Positions 9,300 to 18,975 of a stretch of DNA of 64,000 bases are shown piece by piece; positions within the stretch are counted from its first letter, which is position 1; the number at the start of each line of letters is the position of its first letter. Where the stretch lies: positions 736,001 to 800,000 of the forward strand of contig OZ244732.1 in assembly GCA_965219345.1 (NCBI GenBank), in the 5' to 3' direction. Below the pieces are notes generated by a model. It worked only from the letters and a program-made list of their open reading frames with translations. It made no database searches and was not told the origin of the DNA. A program made the position numbers and the translations under genes. The DNA comes from Nitrosopumilus sp. Its GTDB lineage: Archaea; Thermoproteota; Nitrososphaeria; Nitrososphaerales; Nitrosopumilaceae.

Positions 9300-10459
9300 A
9301 TGATGACTTTGAAGAGTAGGAATATGCTCATTTTACAGAATAAAAAAAATCTAACAGAATCAGAGATTAATCTGTATAACGGATATGAAAACATCCTACA
9401 CAACATCTTCGATCGTGCATGTGACCCTAATTCCAGTATGGATCCTTTCACTTCTGAATATGTTGGCAAAAATTCTATAAAATATAACTCAAATTATTAT
9501 AGTTCATTATTGGAGATCACATCTTATTTTTGGGCATCAAAAGGAGGTCGAGGCACATTATTGGAAAAAACCCTCCAAATCCTTGCAGGAGATAGTGCAA
9601 CACAAGGGACATACCTATCCTCATTTTTAAATAAATTAATCGAATCCCATGAAACATTATCGGGAAAAGTATCTTCCAAACTAAAGAAAAAATTTGATTT
9701 GATGAACATGCTGGAGGATTCTTTGATCATACTTGAACTAAAAAACAGAGTAGATAGTGGAGGAACAGCAGCTAGAAAAGAAGCATTAAAGAAATTTTTT
9801 GAATTACTTGATCATATCAGGAACAATACTGTAATATTTGAAGATATGAAAACTAAAGAAAAATACACACTTCAAAAACTGTTTAAGCTATTTGGAATTA
9901 AAAATTTTGAAATGTTGATGGGGTTTCTCTATAATGTAAAAGGCACAAATGCAAAAATACTTGATGATCAGACAAATGGATTTTATAGTGAAAGTAAAAA
10001 ACTTGTTACTGAATATGGATCAAAAAATCCTGATATGGTGTTGGATATATCTAATCTAAAGATCAATTTTGATACAGATCAAATTAAAAATATAATACAG
10101 ACTATTTATGGAAACGATGTATCTGAAAAATTTACTAAATCAAATAAGTCACTGCATGAATTATTCCAAAAAGTTTTTCTTAAATCTTGGGATGATGTTT
10201 GGTTGGCATTGAATGTAGGTATTGCAGAAAGAAACTTGTTATTGAAAACTAAGACAAATAATCTTTTACACATACAGCACTTGAATAATATTGATTTAGA
10301 TTTTAAATCAGAATTGCATAAATTCATAACAGATTCAGATAATTTGAGATTGATTAGCAATATTTTAAAGAAAATACGAAATAGTGAGGGGGGGGGGGTT
10401 CTAGTGAATCTGACCAACATCTTACAGATTGCCTGTACGTTTGTTCGAGGTTTATTTGA
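9300..10459 (+). CDS. PD-(D/E)xK type II restriction endonuclease, C-terminus frameshifted at a G11 tract
   Basis: FDL...ILELKNRVDSGG motif; adjacent MTase; with G9/G12 the frame ends at TGA 10457-10459 overlapping the MTase ATG, whereas as sequenced it runs to 10586. Confidence 0.7.
10388..10398 (+). repeat. G11 homopolymer (candidate slipped-strand phase-variation tract)
   Basis: 11 consecutive G in a very AT-rich gene. Confidence 0.85.
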
Positions 10460-11535
10460 TGGCCATTCAACCATTCAATATATTGCATGGCAATTCAGAC
10501 AAAATACTCAAAAAACTGGCTCAAAATTCCAAAGAACAAAACAAATACAAACTAATCGTTACATCTCCTCCATACTACAAACATAGGAAATATGGAGAAA
10601 AGAATGATGAAATTGGACAGGAAAAATCATCCGAAGATTATCTAAACAAACTTGTATCTGTTTTTAAATCCTGTAAAAAATTACTTGCCGAGGATGGCAG
10701 TATGTTTATTGTTATTGGAGATACCCGAAGAAATCATGCAAAATTGATGATTCCGCATAGATTGGCAATCAAACTAATTGAAATTGGATATTGTTTTCAG
10801 GAAGATATTATTTGGCATAAGAAAAATGCAATATCTACAAATTCAAAAACAAGCCTTGCACAATCTTATGAATTTATATTGTTTTTTTCTAAAAATAGAA
10901 TTCCATATCTAAATATGGATTCTATCAGAGTACAAGGAAATGAAGTAACATCGGGTTCAACTCCAACTCCTGCAAACCACGAAATACAGTTAAAATCAAT
11001 AGAGAAAAACATGAGGGCAATAAAAAAGATTACAGATACTATTCATAATGCAAAACCAGATACTCCCTTTGAAGATTTGCCATCAACTGATGAAATATCA
11101 TGGGCATATGGCTATGATCCAGACAAGCGATGTCCTACCTGTTACAGAAAATTCAAACGTCATGCGACACGCAAAAGAATAGGTGGTCATAAACATTATC
11201 CAATATTTGCAGTATGTAATCCCAAAGGCAAGAATCCTGGAAATGTGTGGGATATATCCACAAAGGCTCATCATGGTAACGAGCATTTTGCAATATTTCC
11301 TGAAGATTTAATATCAAAAATAGTAAAATTTGCAACTAAAAAAAGAGATCATGTCTTGGACCCATTTGCAGGCAGGGGGACCGCTGGGATTGTTTCTGTA
11401 TGTCTTAAGAGAAATTTTACAGGTATTGATCTATATGCGACAAATGTAAAAAATACAAGGTGTAATATACAAGAGGTGTTAGATTCAAAACTACCAAATA
11501 AAATCTTAAATCAAATTCTCAATACTCATCAATGA
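10459..11535 (+). CDS. site-specific DNA methyltransferase, N4-C/N6-A, beta class
   Basis: IVTSPPYY catalytic motif precedes LDPFAGRGT SAM motif; IIWHKKN, HFAIFPEDL. Confidence 0.92.
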   Translation: MAIQPFNILHGNSDKILKKLAQNSKEQNKYKLIVTSPPYYKHRKYGEKNDEIGQEKSSEDYLNKLVSVFKSCKKLLAEDGSMFIVIGDTRRNHAKLMIPHRLAIKLIEIGYCFQEDIIWHKKNAISTNSKTSLAQSYEFILFFSKNRIPYLNMDSIRVQGNEVTSGSTPTPANHEIQLKSIEKNMRAIKKITDTIHNAKPDTPFEDLPSTDEISWAYGYDPDKRCPTCYRKFKRHATRKRIGGHKHYPIFAVCNPKGKNPGNVWDISTKAHHGNEHFAIFPEDLISKIVKFATKKRDHVLDPFAGRGTAGIVSVCLKRNFTGIDLYATNVKNTRCNIQEVLDSKLPNKILNQILNTHQ

Positions 11536-11546
11536 CAGACTTTTTT

Positions 11547-11756
11547 TTAATTTAGTCCATTTTCTATTTCAGCAATTTTCTCTGAAATATTTTTTTTCTG
11601 GTTCTTTAGATGCTCTAACTTAAACTGCAATGCCTTCTTTTCAGATAATACGCTAGAAGCTATGCCGCAGTATCTCTCACATTTTTTGCCGTTGTCATAA
11701 TATGAGTAGTACAAGTATTTTTTGGCTCTTATTGTCTTGATTACGGTTGTAGCCAT
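11547..11756 (-). CDS. small putative DNA-binding protein (KTIR..KYLYY..Y beta-sheet plus coiled coil)
   Basis: pattern resembles small mobile-element/viral DNA-binding domains; divergent from the transposase. Confidence 0.6.
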   Translation of the reverse strand: MATTVIKTIRAKKYLYYSYYDNGKKCERYCGIASSVLSEKKALQFKLEHLKNQKKNISEKIAEIENGLN

Positions 11757-11981
11757 GTATTTTTTACCCCATGCTCTTAATTTAATGTTATCTATTTTTT
11801 AGAGACACATATATATTATATCTATAATAGATATAACAATGAAACAGCAAAGAGCAAGACAAACAATGAAGAAGACAAAAAGTTCAGAGGGAATTACGCT
11901 CCCAATGATGAATCTGGCGTTATCAGAGTTCTTGAGTCTCTTTGTTTTTTCCACCTTATTAATTTTCAAGGGGTCTTGCGC

Positions 11982-13109
11982 ATGAATGCAAGAGCACAAC
12001 ATGCAAGGCAGATTGTGGAACTGCCCGATTATGCAAAGTTCATAGGAAACAACAAAATCAAGATTAGATCACAGACGGACTTGACAAAATCCTACATTAT
12101 TTCAAAAAGTGACAGGGGTTTGGTTTGTGAGTGTCCAGATCATCAGAATAGAAAATCAGACTGCAAGCACATCAAGATAGCATTGGAGCTAATCAGAAAG
12201 AACGAGGGCCAGAAACAGACATTCCGTATAATTGAGAGGTCACTGATCAGGGTCTGCAAGTTCTGTGATTCAGGAAATATCGTAAAGGCAGGTCTAAAGA
12301 AAAACAAGAGCAAGACAATGCAGAGATTCAAGTGCCAGGATTGTAAAAAGAGATTTACTGCAAACTTTGGATTTGAAAAGATGAGATATGATGAAAATGC
12401 CATTACAGGGGCATTACAAATGTCCTATTCGGGAATGTCAACTAGAGATATTTCCAATCACTATGAGATGATGGGAATTGAAGTATCTGATGTTACTATC
12501 TATAATTGGATTGACAAATATTCCAAGATGACCTCCAACTATCTCAAGGGAATAGTACCAAGAGTTTCAGAAACATGGAGAACCGATGAAATCTTTATAA
12601 AAATTAGTGGCAATCAGAAACTACAATATTCCATGCTTGACCATGAGACCAGGTTTATGATTACCCAATATGTGGCAAACACAAAAGGTACTGAAAATGT
12701 AGACCCAATGTTCAGGGAAGCCATGATGATTGCAGACAAAATACCAACTACATTAATTTCAGATGGAGCTCATAATTTCCATGAGGCATGGAAAAATAAC
12801 TACAAGGCAAAGAATCCACTTTGGAAAGACACCGAACACATCAGACACATTCACATGAAAGGTGACAAAAACAACAACAGAATGGAGAGACTGAATGGTA
12901 CTATCAGGGATCGTGAAGCTGCATACAGAGGAATAAAAAAGATGGACAGTCCTTTGTTTGACGGATTCCAGACATTTTACAATTTCTCAAAGAAGCATGG
13001 TGGAATTAATAACAAAACACCAGCAGAAAAAGCAGGTATTTTGGTTGATGGAGACAACAAATGGAAGACCATAATCCAAAATGCCAGTCTAAACAAAAAT
13101 TCTCAATAG
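11982..13109 (+). CDS. IS6-family DDE transposase with N-terminal SWIM zinc finger and Zn ribbon
   Basis: CECPDH..CKHI, CKFC..CQDC, WRTDE, LISDG, NNNRMERLNGTIRDRE, YNF. Confidence 0.88.
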   Translation: MNARAQHARQIVELPDYAKFIGNNKIKIRSQTDLTKSYIISKSDRGLVCECPDHQNRKSDCKHIKIALELIRKNEGQKQTFRIIERSLIRVCKFCDSGNIVKAGLKKNKSKTMQRFKCQDCKKRFTANFGFEKMRYDENAITGALQMSYSGMSTRDISNHYEMMGIEVSDVTIYNWIDKYSKMTSNYLKGIVPRVSETWRTDEIFIKISGNQKLQYSMLDHETRFMITQYVANTKGTENVDPMFREAMMIADKIPTTLISDGAHNFHEAWKNNYKAKNPLWKDTEHIRHIHMKGDKNNNRMERLNGTIRDREAAYRGIKKMDSPLFDGFQTFYNFSKKHGGINNKTPAEKAGILVDGDNKWKTIIQNASLNKNSQ

Positions 13110-13538
13110 GCATGAAATTCAATCTGGAGAAGATCCATATCTCATTCTATATCCCCATAACTTAGCAGAACCCACCTGATACACTCAAAGCTTGCCCGAA
13201 TCTATCTGAACGCTTTGGATTGTCTTGGATTAGTTTTATGCTTTGACTCCATGTGGTGCCGTCACTCTCAAATACATATACGGTACCTGGACCGTTTCCC
13301 CCCTCAAGTACAGACCCTACTACCATAGTATTGCCATCAATGTCAGCAGAGCGCCCAAAGCTGTCATATGGTAATCCATCAGATGCTGAAATCTTTTGTG
13401 TAATTGATTGTGGTACCACTATACCCTCTTCTACTGTAACAGTTAGAGACTCTGAATCCGATAGTGCAAATGTGGTACTATCAGAGGAGACTGCATCTCC
13501 ATCATCGGATACCATAACATCAAAAGTGTGATCCCCTA

Positions 13539-14632
13539 TACTGACGAGCAAAAGTTCATGAGATCAAACATGTTAGACGGCAACACATTTTGATCACGTC
13601 CCACTACGCATTACAATGCCCGCAGTAAAATCCGAAGACCTGAAGAAGGCGTACAAGAAGGAAAGGGATCCCAGGGTCAAGATCAGGATGGCCGCAGTAA
13701 ACATGGTGTGCATGAACAATGAGAGCATCCAGCATGCGGCAGACTCACTCATGCAGTGTCCCAACTGGGTCTCCTTCTGGGTAGAACGCTTCCGGGAGGG
13801 CGGCATCGACACCCTCCGGGATCTTCCCAGGAGCGGCAGGCCACCGAAGGTCAGGCTCGAAGACATTGAAGAGACAATATCCGGGGCAGGCAGCATCATT
13901 ACTCCCCCGCAGCTGAGGGAACGTGTCCGCAAGATGCACGGCATAACATACCACATTACAAGCGCCAGGAGGATAATGCACAGGCTGGGCATGTCTGCCA
14001 AGACGGCAAGACGGGTCCACATAAACAGGGCAGGGACAGACGAGATCAAAAGGTGGCAGCGCAACGCAAAGAGGCGCATATCGCGCCTGGAATCGAGGGG
14101 TTTTGCCGTCGTAGTCTTTGACGAGTCCATATTCATAGACGACCCGGCATCGGGGACAAAGTACTGGTCGCCAAAAGGCCAGCCCATAGTCACCACATAC
14201 AAGGGCCGGCACGGCAGGGTCGTGGCGTACGGTTCCATCGCGACTGACGGCAGGCAGTTCATCAGGACGTACGAAAAATTTGACAAGGAGATGGTACTGC
14301 GGTACCTAAAGGAGCTTGCGGGACATTTCGGAAAGGTTGCCATAATAATGGACAACGCGCCGCAGCACAAGGCGAAGACGGTGAGCGAGTTCCTAAAGGG
14401 CAACAAGAACGTCAAGGCAGTATGGCTTCCAACCGCAACACCGGAGCTCAGCGTCATGGAGGAGTACTGGCACCAGTCAAAGCGCGACGTGCTGGTGTCA
14501 GAATATTATGGAACAATAGGGCAGATGCACCGCGCAATGTCAGAGCATTTCAGGACGGCGCGGCCGTGGCTTGACGCAATGAAGTTCATCTGCAGAAAGT
14601 CATTTGATCTCAAGAACTTTTGATCGACAGTG
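13539..14632 (+). mobile_element. IS630-family insertion sequence
   Basis: ~30-bp imperfect TIRs (tactgacgagcaaaagttcatgagatcaaa / tttgatctcaagaacttttgatcgacagtg), TA duplication at 13537-13538 and 14633-14634, GC-rich. Confidence 0.92.
13616..14623 (+). CDS. IS630-family transposase
   Basis: PRSGRPPK, VFDES, IMDNAPQHK, LPTATPELSVMEEYW. Confidence 0.93.
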   Translation: MPAVKSEDLKKAYKKERDPRVKIRMAAVNMVCMNNESIQHAADSLMQCPNWVSFWVERFREGGIDTLRDLPRSGRPPKVRLEDIEETISGAGSIITPPQLRERVRKMHGITYHITSARRIMHRLGMSAKTARRVHINRAGTDEIKRWQRNAKRRISRLESRGFAVVVFDESIFIDDPASGTKYWSPKGQPIVTTYKGRHGRVVAYGSIATDGRQFIRTYEKFDKEMVLRYLKELAGHFGKVAIIMDNAPQHKAKTVSEFLKGNKNVKAVWLPTATPELSVMEEYWHQSKRDVLVSEYYGTIGQMHRAMSEHFRTARPWLDAMKFICRKSFDLKNF

Positions 14633-15801
14633 TACATGAGAATTATCAGGAGTCCAGAAGAATGCTCCAGTAGTACCATCAATGGTACTACCTGTAGGTG
14701 CTGCTCCAGACAGTGAAAATCTCAAAGTATCTGATATGTCTGCATCAACTGCTACTGCAGTAAAGGACAATGTATCCCCCGAGTTTATTGTGTAATCAAT
14801 TATTGGCGTTACAAATGGCGCATCATTTACAGATGTCACATCAAGTGATACAGTTGCAGTGTCAGTTAATCCAGAGTTGTCAATTATACCATACTCAAAT
14901 GAATCCATTCCATGATAGTTTGGATTTGGGGTGTATGTGATTTCTATACCATCAAAGATTATCTGCACTGTTCCATGTGTGGGTTGTGTAACAATTGACT
15001 GGATAGATATGAAATCAGCACCTACAGTAACTATTGGTGGCTCTCCATCACCGCCACCATCTGTATTACCATTACCATCACCATTACCATTTTCTGTACC
15101 GTTTCCGTTGTTACCGTTTCCATTACCAGTATTGTTTCCATTTGTATTTGGATTAACTGAAATGTTTTGCAGTGACAGAATTCCTGCACCACAAAGTGTA
15201 CCATCAGATGGAATAGATGATGAGAGTATTGTGTTAGTTATTTGTTGTATAGAATTATCAGGATATGCTTGTAACAGTAACGCTGCAGCTCCTGTCACAT
15301 GTGGCGCAGCAGATGATGTTCCCAAAAATGGACTAAATGACCCTTGAGTGGTAGATATACCATCAAATCCACAGATTTCTGGCTTGTCTCGTCCATCATC
15401 AGTTGGACCTGCAGAGCTAAATGGTTCTGGAATACCATCGATATAGTTTACAGCACCCACAGTTATTGCACCTGCAGCATCAGCAGGAGTTGATATACTT
15501 GATGATACCATGGATAATCCATCATTAACAGAGCCTCTAACTATATTGATGTGAAGCAGACTGTTATTATCCTGAGGGGTAGAATTATTGTCACTATCAT
15601 CGTTGCTATCCTCAGATAGTGCAACTACAAGACATGTATCAGAGATAGGGGAGCCATAAATTACCTCGATTGGTTCACCTGCCACTTCAGACTGTGCAGA
15701 TGTAGAATGGTATAGTATATCAGACATGTTACTATCATAGATGAATACATCATAGTCTAGACTAGTATACTCCCAAGAGTCCCAGGATAGTACGGTCCAT
15801 C

Positions 15802-16377
15802 ATGCTAACAGATGAGTTCAAGAAGATACGTTATGAACTCAATAAAGAGGGTATTGCTTCTGCAAAACAATATGAAGACAATGCAGATTATTGGCGTTCA
15901 TTAAGTCATCCTGAATTCCCAGATGTAGCAACACATGGAGTTCACAATACTTCTTATGACTCTCAAACCATTCCAACTTCACACTCATGTTCTAGTTGTT
16001 CCCAAAAAGGATATTTTATATCCGGTTTTGACTGGTGGGTAATTCCATCTATTTGGAAAACATCTGAATCTGCTGATTATTGGACAAGAGTAACAACTAC
16101 AACACAATCATACGTTTCTGAGGTGGAAACTGATCAACACTATGCGGAAATAAAACCTTGGTCTCATTATTCTTTAAAGAGAAGTGGGTCCATTGAGTGG
16201 GTTTCTGGCCATATTGTTGTTAACAATTTTGACAATGAGCTTCAATACTCAAGTCCTTTTGTATTCACTTCGACTTATGTAACACTATCATATGCCACGT
16301 TAGAATATTCGTGGATTGATGACGTTCCTAGCCATTCTAGACACATAACACAAGCTAGCGCAAACACAATTAACTAG
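15802..16377 (+). CDS. hypothetical protein (possibly 5'-truncated extracellular protein)
   Basis: 191-aa S/T/Y/W-rich ORF abutting the truncated subtilase back to back with no promoter space. Confidence 0.5.
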   Translation: MLTDEFKKIRYELNKEGIASAKQYEDNADYWRSLSHPEFPDVATHGVHNTSYDSQTIPTSHSCSSCSQKGYFISGFDWWVIPSIWKTSESADYWTRVTTTTQSYVSEVETDQHYAEIKPWSHYSLKRSGSIEWVSGHIVVNNFDNELQYSSPFVFTSTYVTLSYATLEYSWIDDVPSHSRHITQASANTIN

Positions 16378-16399
16378 CCTACCACTTCCTTTTTTTATC

Positions 16400-16546
16400 A
16401 TGGACAAAGATAAGAAAACAGATCTTGAACTATTAATAATAATACGACAAACTTTGTTACTTGCATTGAATAAACAATTCCTAAGCATTGATAGTTATAG
16501 AAATGCAGTTAGAGATATCGATGACAAGATTAAAGCCATACAATAA
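16400..16546 (+). CDS. small hypothetical protein (48 aa)
   Basis: MDKDKKTDLELLIIIRQ...KIKAIQ, ATG start, helical. Confidence 0.4.
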   Translation: MDKDKKTDLELLIIIRQTLLLALNKQFLSIDSYRNAVRDIDDKIKAIQ

Positions 16547-16552
16547 CGGAAT

Positions 16553-16929
16553 ATGTACAAGACTAATATTATTCATTTTTAAAAGTCAGTTGAAGGAATT
16601 AAACTAAGTCAGCACAAACCTAATACAACGGTTCTGGAGCTTCTGTAAGCTATGTTTCTAATGAAAAATGTTTAAAAAATGGTTTAAAATTCAAAGGTTC
16701 AGGAAGCGGAATTATTTGTATACATGGAAAACTACATCAAGATAGGAAAGTCCCATTATATGAGAGGAATATAACTGTCGGAAATATCACAAATAAAGTA
16801 AAAATCACTGCATTAGGAAAAGATGTGGTCATAGGTTCAAAGAAAATAGAGGCTGTACTTGGAAGAAACGTTCTAAAATTTTTTACTGTAAATCTAGACT
16901 GGAAAAATTCTACTGGAAAATTAACCTAA
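16553..16929 (+). pseudogene. degenerate retropepsin-like aspartic protease
   Basis: GSGASVS at the D[ST]GA position and VLGRNVLKFFTVNLD C-terminal signature; stops/frameshifts in the 5' part. Confidence 0.45.
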
Positions 16930-17093
16930 TTTTAAAATAAATTCATTTCTTCCCACGTCTCCTCTACCTGAATCAATCAAATCTTGTACTTTTTGTATTT
17001 TATATGAATCCATTTTGTATAATGATGTTTGGTGTAATTTAGAAATTTCTAATTGTTACATGGTAATAGATTTTGGAATTTCATTTTTCGAGC

Positions 17094-17228
17094 CTAACGG
17101 TATGTTGATTCCCAACATTTTTTGTGATATGATTTTTTCGAACGCTTTGTTCTTTGAGAGTGAATGGAGTCACCAATAGAAAACGATTCTCCACACTTTG
17201 CACATATCTGTTTTCTATATTTTCTCAT
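17094..17228 (-). CDS. small zinc-finger protein (CxxC...HxxC)
   Basis: MRKYRKQICAKCGESFSIGD...YHKKCWE. Confidence 0.6.
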   Translation of the reverse strand: MRKYRKQICAKCGESFSIGDSIHSQRTKRSKKSYHKKCWESTYR

Positions 17229-17501
17229 GTGAGAATAATCCAAAATTACAAAATTACGGCTGACCATTGGAGAATAATCAGATATAGGGATTATATGAAA
17301 TATTTCTTTATGTAATATAGCCAACTAATCATTAAAGTTAATCGTTAGTGAAATTAGGGTAAATCATTCATGTTAAAATCAAATTTTTTAGAATTGCATA
17401 AAAAATCATTTGAAATTACGTCTTGTTGTCAAAATAACAACTCTCCAAGTTAACAGTAAACACATTCAATCTTTTTATCTCATATATCATATTTTGAAAC
17501 T

Positions 17502-18245
17502 GTGTATTACTTGTATATTGATGAGGGTGGGGATACAGGAGATTATTTAGATAAATACAATAAAGTCATAGATGGAAGTTCCAAATTTTTCACTCTAGCT
17601 GGAATCATAGTAGATGATGCACTAAAAACAAAACTCAATGACGAAATTAATTCCATAAGTGACAGATATTTTTCAAAGACAACACTACCTGAAAATTTCA
17701 AGATTCATTATCATCCATTAAGAAACAAACGTCCTCCATATGATAAATTATCAGATGCCCAGAGATTTCAGCTAGCCAATGACATGTTTGAGCTTATCAA
17801 AAAATCAGACTGTCATCTTTTGTCAGTTACAATAAATCTAGACCGTCACTGTAGAAAATATGGCATACCAGCAGACCCAAAAGCATATGCTATCTTGATA
17901 CTAATGGAGAGATTTCAGGATTTTCTTGAAGAACATAGTGCTGAAGGCAGAGCAATTTATGAGAAATTCAACAAAAAGGCTAGAAAAAAGGCAGAGCGAA
18001 CCATTAGAGGATTAAAAGAAATTTTGCGGTTTAGACACTACAAGGAACTTGATAATATCAGAGGTCATGTGGAAAATGGTGATCCCAAAACATCACCAAT
18101 ACTGCAACTTGCAGATTTTTTTGCATATGCTGTATGGATAAAACGAACCACTTCTGATTCATCCAAAACTCGATGGTTATCAATCAAAGACAAGTATTAT
18201 CGATTAGACTATGGGTGGTACAAAGCAGGGAATGTTGAAATTTAA
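17502..18245 (+). CDS. DUF3800 family protein (RNase H-like fold)
   Basis: N-terminal YLYIDEGG, FFTLAG, C-terminal LQLADFFAYAV. Confidence 0.85.
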   Translation: MYYLYIDEGGDTGDYLDKYNKVIDGSSKFFTLAGIIVDDALKTKLNDEINSISDRYFSKTTLPENFKIHYHPLRNKRPPYDKLSDAQRFQLANDMFELIKKSDCHLLSVTINLDRHCRKYGIPADPKAYAILILMERFQDFLEEHSAEGRAIYEKFNKKARKKAERTIRGLKEILRFRHYKELDNIRGHVENGDPKTSPILQLADFFAYAVWIKRTTSDSSKTRWLSIKDKYYRLDYGWYKAGNVEI

Positions 18246-18246
18246 A

Positions 18247-18306
18247 GGCGATTCCTGAGCTCTTGCTTCCAAGTCTCATAGTTAGCATTACACCAACGGA
18301 ACCGTA
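18247..18306 (-). ncRNA. candidate three-stem structured ncRNA convergent with DUF3800
   Basis: minus strand folds P1 CGGUUCC/GGAAUCG, P2 GUUGGU/GCUAAC, P3 UGAG-CUUG/CAAG-CUCA; TATA-like TTTAAAAA at 18327-18334. Confidence 0.6.
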
Positions 18307-18383
18307 ATGATAATACCAATTTCTATTTTTTAAAGGTTAGGTATTGTAAAATCGTTTTAGAAAAGATCAATTTTGTTTACGCA

Positions 18384-18647
18384 TAAAAGCTAAACCCCCA
18401 TCAAATCTGTGAAAAAAGGAAAAATTTACGCATACATATTCAACCCCTTAATTATTCCAGTTACATCAGGCATGATATGATTTTTTCATATTTGCCAAAA
18501 ATGGGGGCGGGTTTAGCTTTTATTCCTGAATATGTCAATCAAATGTCATTTCAGCCCGATGATATAATATGATGTTGTCACAAAATTTGTTCAGGCATGA
18601 AAACTCAATACTAAAATAATTTTTAAAATTATGCCTAAAAGCTAAAC
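18384..18647. repeat. three copies of TAAAAGCTAAAC in +,-,+ orientation about 126 bp apart
   Basis: 18384-18395, 18511-18522 (reverse complement), 18636-18647 in a non-coding gap. Confidence 0.7.
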
Positions 18648-18651
18648 TCCT

Positions 18652-18975
18652 CTAAAATTTTTGGAAAATAGAACTTTTTAGTGATTTGGAACTTTTTCCT
18701 GTACTAGTAAATAGAGGTAAATTTTTTGGAGTTAGTTTATCAAGTTCAACAAGAATTTTTGTTTGTAGTTGCTTCAAATCTTCATCAGAAAGTTTGAACC
18801 AATCTGAAAATGCATTATTTTCAATTTCTTTAAAGATTTCATCAGAAATTTCAGAACCATCTAAAAATTCTTGTAAATCAAAATCTTCATCAAGTTTATG
18901 AAATTTATGATTTACAACATGTTTTAGTTTTTGAATGATTGTAAACATTGTAAGATCTTTTACGTCAATTTCCAT
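18652..18975 (-). CDS. hypothetical protein
   Basis: acidic helical ORF from MEIDVKDL, downstream of the OLD nuclease gene. Confidence 0.5.
   Translation of the reverse strand: MEIDVKDLTMFTIIQKLKHVVNHKFHKLDEDFDLQEFLDGSEISDEIFKEIENNAFSDWFKLSDEDLKQLQTKILVELDKLTPKNLPLFTSTGKSSKSLKSSIFQKF

Larger units (their letters stand above)
9195..13172 (+). mobile_element. IS6-family transporter element carrying an R-M system
   Basis: 55-bp terminal inverted repeats (9195-9249 and 13118-13172, 52/55 identical) starting GGTTCTGCTAAGTT; encloses REase, MTase, small ORF and IS6 transposase. Confidence 0.88.
13173..15799 (-). pseudogene. S8 subtilase / Ig-cadherin / FG-GAP surface protein, truncated at both ends and split by IS630
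   Basis: AITVGAV, FSSAGPTDDGRDKPEI, GTSSAAPHVTGAAALL, YTPNPNYHGMDSFEY, VNDAP, FGRSADIDG; removing IS630 restores ...WTPDNSHV|GDHTFDV in frame; catalytic Asp/His N-terminal part missing. Confidence 0.85.

Noticed and set aside
13594-14457. 287-aa antisense ORF and similar long ORFs overlapping IS630 and IS481
   Set aside because: Shadow frames expected from GC-rich transposase genes; no motifs.
16630-16637. GGTTCTGG as another IS6/MITE end
   Set aside because: No further similarity to the TIRs and no partner end; explained as Gly-Ser-Gly codons of the protease relic.
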